DNA of 64,000 nucleotides from Vicugna vicugna (taxonomy: Eukaryota). This document shows, piece after piece, positions 60,010 through 64,000 of this stretch. The stretch covers positions 9,033,009 to 9,097,008 of the forward strand of contig MU058781.1 in assembly GCA_013265495.1 (NCBI GenBank), read 5' to 3'. The position numbers and the translations under genes were made by a program. The stretch's first letter is position 1. Every line of letters starts with the position of its first letter. The notes beneath the pieces were generated by a model. It was not told the DNA's origin and ran no database searches. It saw only the letters and a list, made by a program, of their open reading frames with translations.

Positions 60010-60165
60010 TTTTTTTTTAATTGAAGTATAGTCAGTTACAATGTGTCAATTTCTGGTGTTCAGCATAATGTCCCAGTCATACATATATGCACATATATAT
60101 TCATTTTCATATTCTTTTTCATTAAAGGTTACTATAAGATATCAAATATAGTTCCCTGTGCTATG
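60010..60165 (-). mobile_element. Short camelid L1 3' tip
   Basis: Poly(T) then 'aattgaagtatagtcagttacaatgtgtcaatttctggtgt'; 15-bp TSD tatcttctagcWtct at 59995-60009 and 60166-60180. Confidence 0.93.
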
Positions 60166-60202
60166 TATCTTCTAGCTTCTAATGTTGCTGTTGAGACCCA
60201 AA

Positions 60203-60433
60203 TGTCCAAAATTCAAACGTGGAAGCCCTAACCACCCCCCTACACACACACTGCCATGTGATTATATTTAGAGATATGGCTCTTAGGAGGTAATTAAATT
60301 TAAATAAGGTCATAAAGGTGAGGTCCTAATCCGATAGGACTGGAGACCTAATAAGAACAGGAAGAGAGATTTCTGTTGTTTAAGCCCCCCAGCCTCTGGT
60401 ATTTTGGTATGGCAGCCCAAACAGATGAACACA
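60203..60433 (+). mobile_element. MLT1A/MST-like LTR with internal deletion
   Basis: 'ccaaaattca...gaagccctaacc...ggaggtaatta...ggtcataa...cctaatcc...tttctgttgtttaagcc...ggtatttt..tatggcagccc'. Confidence 0.8.
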
Positions 60434-63165
60434 GCACCCAGTGCTGTTCCAACTCCTGCTCTTTTCAGTGTAACCTGAGATAATGCTCCTTAATGTAAGT
60501 CACCAAAAAAAAGGTTCACTTACTGGACATTTCCATTCTGGAGATTCAGCTTCATTTATTTCAGTTTTGGAATTTTTTCTTGTATTAATTGTATCTCCCT
60601 AAAGTTTTCTCTACTTTTTTTTTCCACAATGCCTATTATTGGGGTGTTGGACATTCTTCTCTAACCTTTTGTTTTCTTGCCGTTTTCCTTTCCTTGTCCA
60701 TTTTTATCATTTTTCAGAAGTCTTCTCTATCTTCCAGGTGCATTATTAAATTTGTAAGTTCAGCTCTCATACTTTTGCTTCCAGGAGCTCCTAAATGCTG
60801 CTGCTGCTGATTATTATTAGATGGCATCTCGTTCCTGTTTCCTAAAAGTAATGTCTTGAGTTTTTCTCCAGCTTTCTATGTTGTTTTTATTTCCTGTGAG
60901 GTGTTTTTTTTTTTCGGGGGGGGGGGAGGTGGAAATAGTTATTTATTTATAGTTTTATCCATTTTGGAGGTTTTCCTCAATAAAGGTTGAGACCAGGGTG
61001 AACTTGTTCCCCATACTGAATTCGAAACAATTTCCCTGTGTTTATTTCCTATCTCATATGCAGCTCCTTTGGGCTGAAACTGTCTCCAGTGAGCTTTTCT
61101 GGATTTCTGAGATGCAAAATAGCTTATTTCTCAGCATTTTCATCCCTACCAACTCTGCAATGGAATCCTCCCTCCTCTGCAAAGTATTTACTGTCCCTTC
61201 ATTTTCTCTCTGTCTTTGTTGTTTTGGTTACAGATATCTTCTGGTTTCACAAAATATAAACTTTTGTGTTTCTACATCTTTGCTGTTTTGAGGTGGTTTG
61301 AGGAATTATTTTCGAGAGAAGGAGGCCATAGACGTGTTTACCATCTTTATCCAAAAGCACTCCACGTCATTTTAGAATGTTTTTCTACTTCCCTGGTGGA
61401 AGGCCAGACATGCTGAGCCCCTTGTCAGGATAATGGAATTTAAAGCCAGGAGAGGGACTTGGGGTGTCCCCCAGAGGATCAGTGGATATAGAAGAAAACT
61501 GGAAAAACTCAAATCCCACCAAGGAGTTTTCTGAAATGCAGAAAATGGGTAAATGGTCCATTTGAATTAGGGAATTTCCTGTTTGATAATGTCCGTTGCT
61601 TGTAACTGGTTGGTCAGAATTAGATTTCACAGAAACATTACGTTTGGATTACAGTGTTAGAATTCTACAGCAAGACGTGCAATGTGATTTGAAGTCCTCA
61701 AACTCCCTAACTGTCAGGCTGAATTTTTGTAAGCCATACTTGTTCGGCGTTTGGAAAACAGAAAACTTGGCTGTGTTCTTCTGGCCAGAACAAAGCAGAG
61801 TGGGAATAACCATGTCAGATTTAAATCGGGAATGGTAGAATGCAGCCACTTTTTTTTTTTTCCCCAAAATGATCAAGGTGAAGGCTAGCTGTTCCCCGGG
61901 ACCAAGGAGGAAGATCTAAGGCTTGACGTGGGACTTCTTTGGGATTCAGAATGGTGTTCTGGTCACTGCTCTCAAGGTTACTGAAAGAATACTATTTTTA
62001 AAAAGGCTTAGTCATTTTGTGTTTGCTGTTTACTGAACTCCAAACGGTATGTATGGTTTGCATTAGCAAGACTTTTGCAAATTGTGTGGAAGGGATTTAA
62101 AACAGTTCTCTGGCTTCTATGAAAAATGAACCCCCAGTTCCTGGCTCCTCAGAGTTCCTTGTGGGAGTCCGGGTATAAAATGATCTTTTACATGCCTGGT
62201 TGGAACTGTGAATCGAGCAACATCTGCATGGTTTTTTTTTTAAAATAGAATTTTGCATGTAGAACTGAAATTTTCTTTTCCAGCCTTTATTTTTAGTGCA
62301 AAGTAGATTAATTCATCATATATACACACTAGTACTCAGAGAAGAATTGTCAATAGATTGAAAGTACGTATTTGAGGAGATCCTGTAGTGATTGCTGTGG
62401 GACTATTTTGGAGTCAGGGTTTTCCACTTGCCTTCCAAACATTGTTTGGCGTGAAAGGAAAATTCTCAGTAGCCGAGGTGACAGGCATGCGTTGCCAAGA
62501 CAGCTTTTTCCTACACGTGGGACCCTCTGATATGACTTCACGCTCTCAGGAAATGTCCCGACCTCTCCAGATAGTTTATTGATAATATTACCCCTTGAAA
62601 AAGCCTCTTAAATTACATTTACAGATACATTCTACACTAGAGCACCTTTGGGAGAAGTAACACATTTCCAAAGGCACAAATGTCCTGGACCTGATGGTTA
62701 GTCTAACAGGTGGATGCAGAAGAGAGGAGGAGCTGGAGCTTTCCTTCTGTCCTTAAAACAGAAGGAAAGAGCTGATTGAAAGGATTTTTGTAGCGAGACA
62801 GACAATACGATTTGAAAACCATGAACTACTTAGCTGTCAGACTCAATCTTTAGAAGCCCAAAGCCAGAAAGGTTGCAGAGCCTAATGGAGGTGAACTTCT
62901 CCTGCTTTTCAGTTTTACTGAGGGCAAGCCCTGCAGATGGACCAGGAACAGGACACTTTCCTGTTATCCCTGGTGAAAAGGCAGAATGACAGAGGAGCAG
63001 ACTGGACCCGGAGTGTGGTTTCTCTGGACATCAGGTGAACTCTGGGTTAGAGAGGATAACTCTTCTTTCTCCTAACAAATTCCCATGCATATCCAGACCT
63101 AATGAACAGGACTCCCCATCTTGGCCACGTGGCTCCAATTGGGAAGAATAGGCATTACAGTCTTA

Positions 63166-63491
63166 GAGAAGTGAGCTTATTTACAAAACAAAGACCGACT
63201 CACAGATGTAGAAAACAAACTTACTGTTACTAGAGGGGAAACGAGGTGGGGAGGGATAAATCGGAGTTTGGGATTTATGGATGCTAACTACTATATTCAT
63301 AAAATAGATAAACAGCAAGAGCCAACTGTATAGCACAGGGAACTATATTCAATACCTTGTAATGGCTTATAATGAAAAAGAATATGAAAAGGAATATGTG
63401 TATATATGTATGTATAAATGAATCACTATGCTCTACACTAGAAATTCACACAACATTGTAAATGGCTATACTTCAATAAAAAACAAATTAA
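63166..63491 (+). mobile_element. Artiodactyl/camelid L1 3'UTR (complete 3' end)
   Basis: 'ttatttacaaaaca...actgtatagcacagggaactatattcaata...cacaacattgtaaa...tatacttcaataaaaaa'; TSD aataggcattacagtctta (63147-63165) and aaaaggaattacagcctta (63492-63510). Confidence 0.92.
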
Positions 63492-64000
63492 AAAAGGAAT
63501 TACAGCCTTAAGTATTTGCTCACTTTCTAACAGTTTGTAAGGAAGTACTATTTCTTTAAGAGGGTATAAGTGAGAGGGGGAGAAAATCTCAGCTTCTTTA
63601 AAAGGAAATGAGGATGGTTGTTAAAAGTAATAGTTTAGAAGTAGATTCTCAACTTCTTTGTAATGCAGGAGAAAAGATTCTGGGTCATGACATTCTCCAG
63701 TTTAAAACATACTCTTTAACTCTCTTCTGTCAACAAAGGTGGTTTTTACCTATATGAGAATTCTTTTAAAAGCTCTTCCCATGAAATGCGAACATGCACG
63801 CGTGCACATTTCCACTTTAATTGTAACTTTCAGGAGACTCTAACATTTTCATATGAAAAGCCACAACCTATAGAAAAAATTCAGTTTGCCTTCTAGAGCA
63901 TCCAGTTTGGCCCCAATATACTTCTCCATTAAGTGATTATTTTTGAGACAAGATTGTGCCTGGAGAGTATGCTGAGATCTAAGCCAAAGAGATACGTAAT

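Noticed and set aside
1..64000. CRISPR array, operon, viral coding region or foreign insert; also a named host gene
   Set aside because: No regularly spaced repeat-spacer pattern, no long non-repeat ORF, no obvious compositional break, and no exon I could match to a known protein

Overview
Mammalian genomic DNA, most likely camelid (camel/alpaca/llama). The inference rests on three tRNA-Ala-derived SINEs of the camelid vic-1 type and young artiodactyl-type L1 3' ends. I cannot recognise any host protein-coding exon, RNA gene or prokaryotic-type system. The window looks like the interior of a large intron or an intergenic regulatory region. It is dense in repeats (MIR, L2, L1 of several ages, MaLR/ERV LTRs including one two-LTR MaLR, and hAT and Tigger DNA transposons), with several repeat-free blocks that resemble enhancers. 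The only recognisable protein sequences are transposon-derived: L1 ORF2, including an intact 170-aa C-terminus, and a decayed Charlie transposase tail. The best leads are: a chimeric L1 insertion bounded by one 15-bp target-site duplication (TSD) and carrying a 378-bp internal tandem duplication; two young L1s that stop at the same 3'UTR position; a three-layer L2>L1>SINE nest with three TSD copies; a candidate terminal exon or 40-aa membrane micropeptide at 16.2-16.4 kb; and a 69-nt hairpin. I see no convincing evidence for a new biological system. Repeat subfamily names come from recalled consensus sequences, and boundaries without a TSD are approximate.
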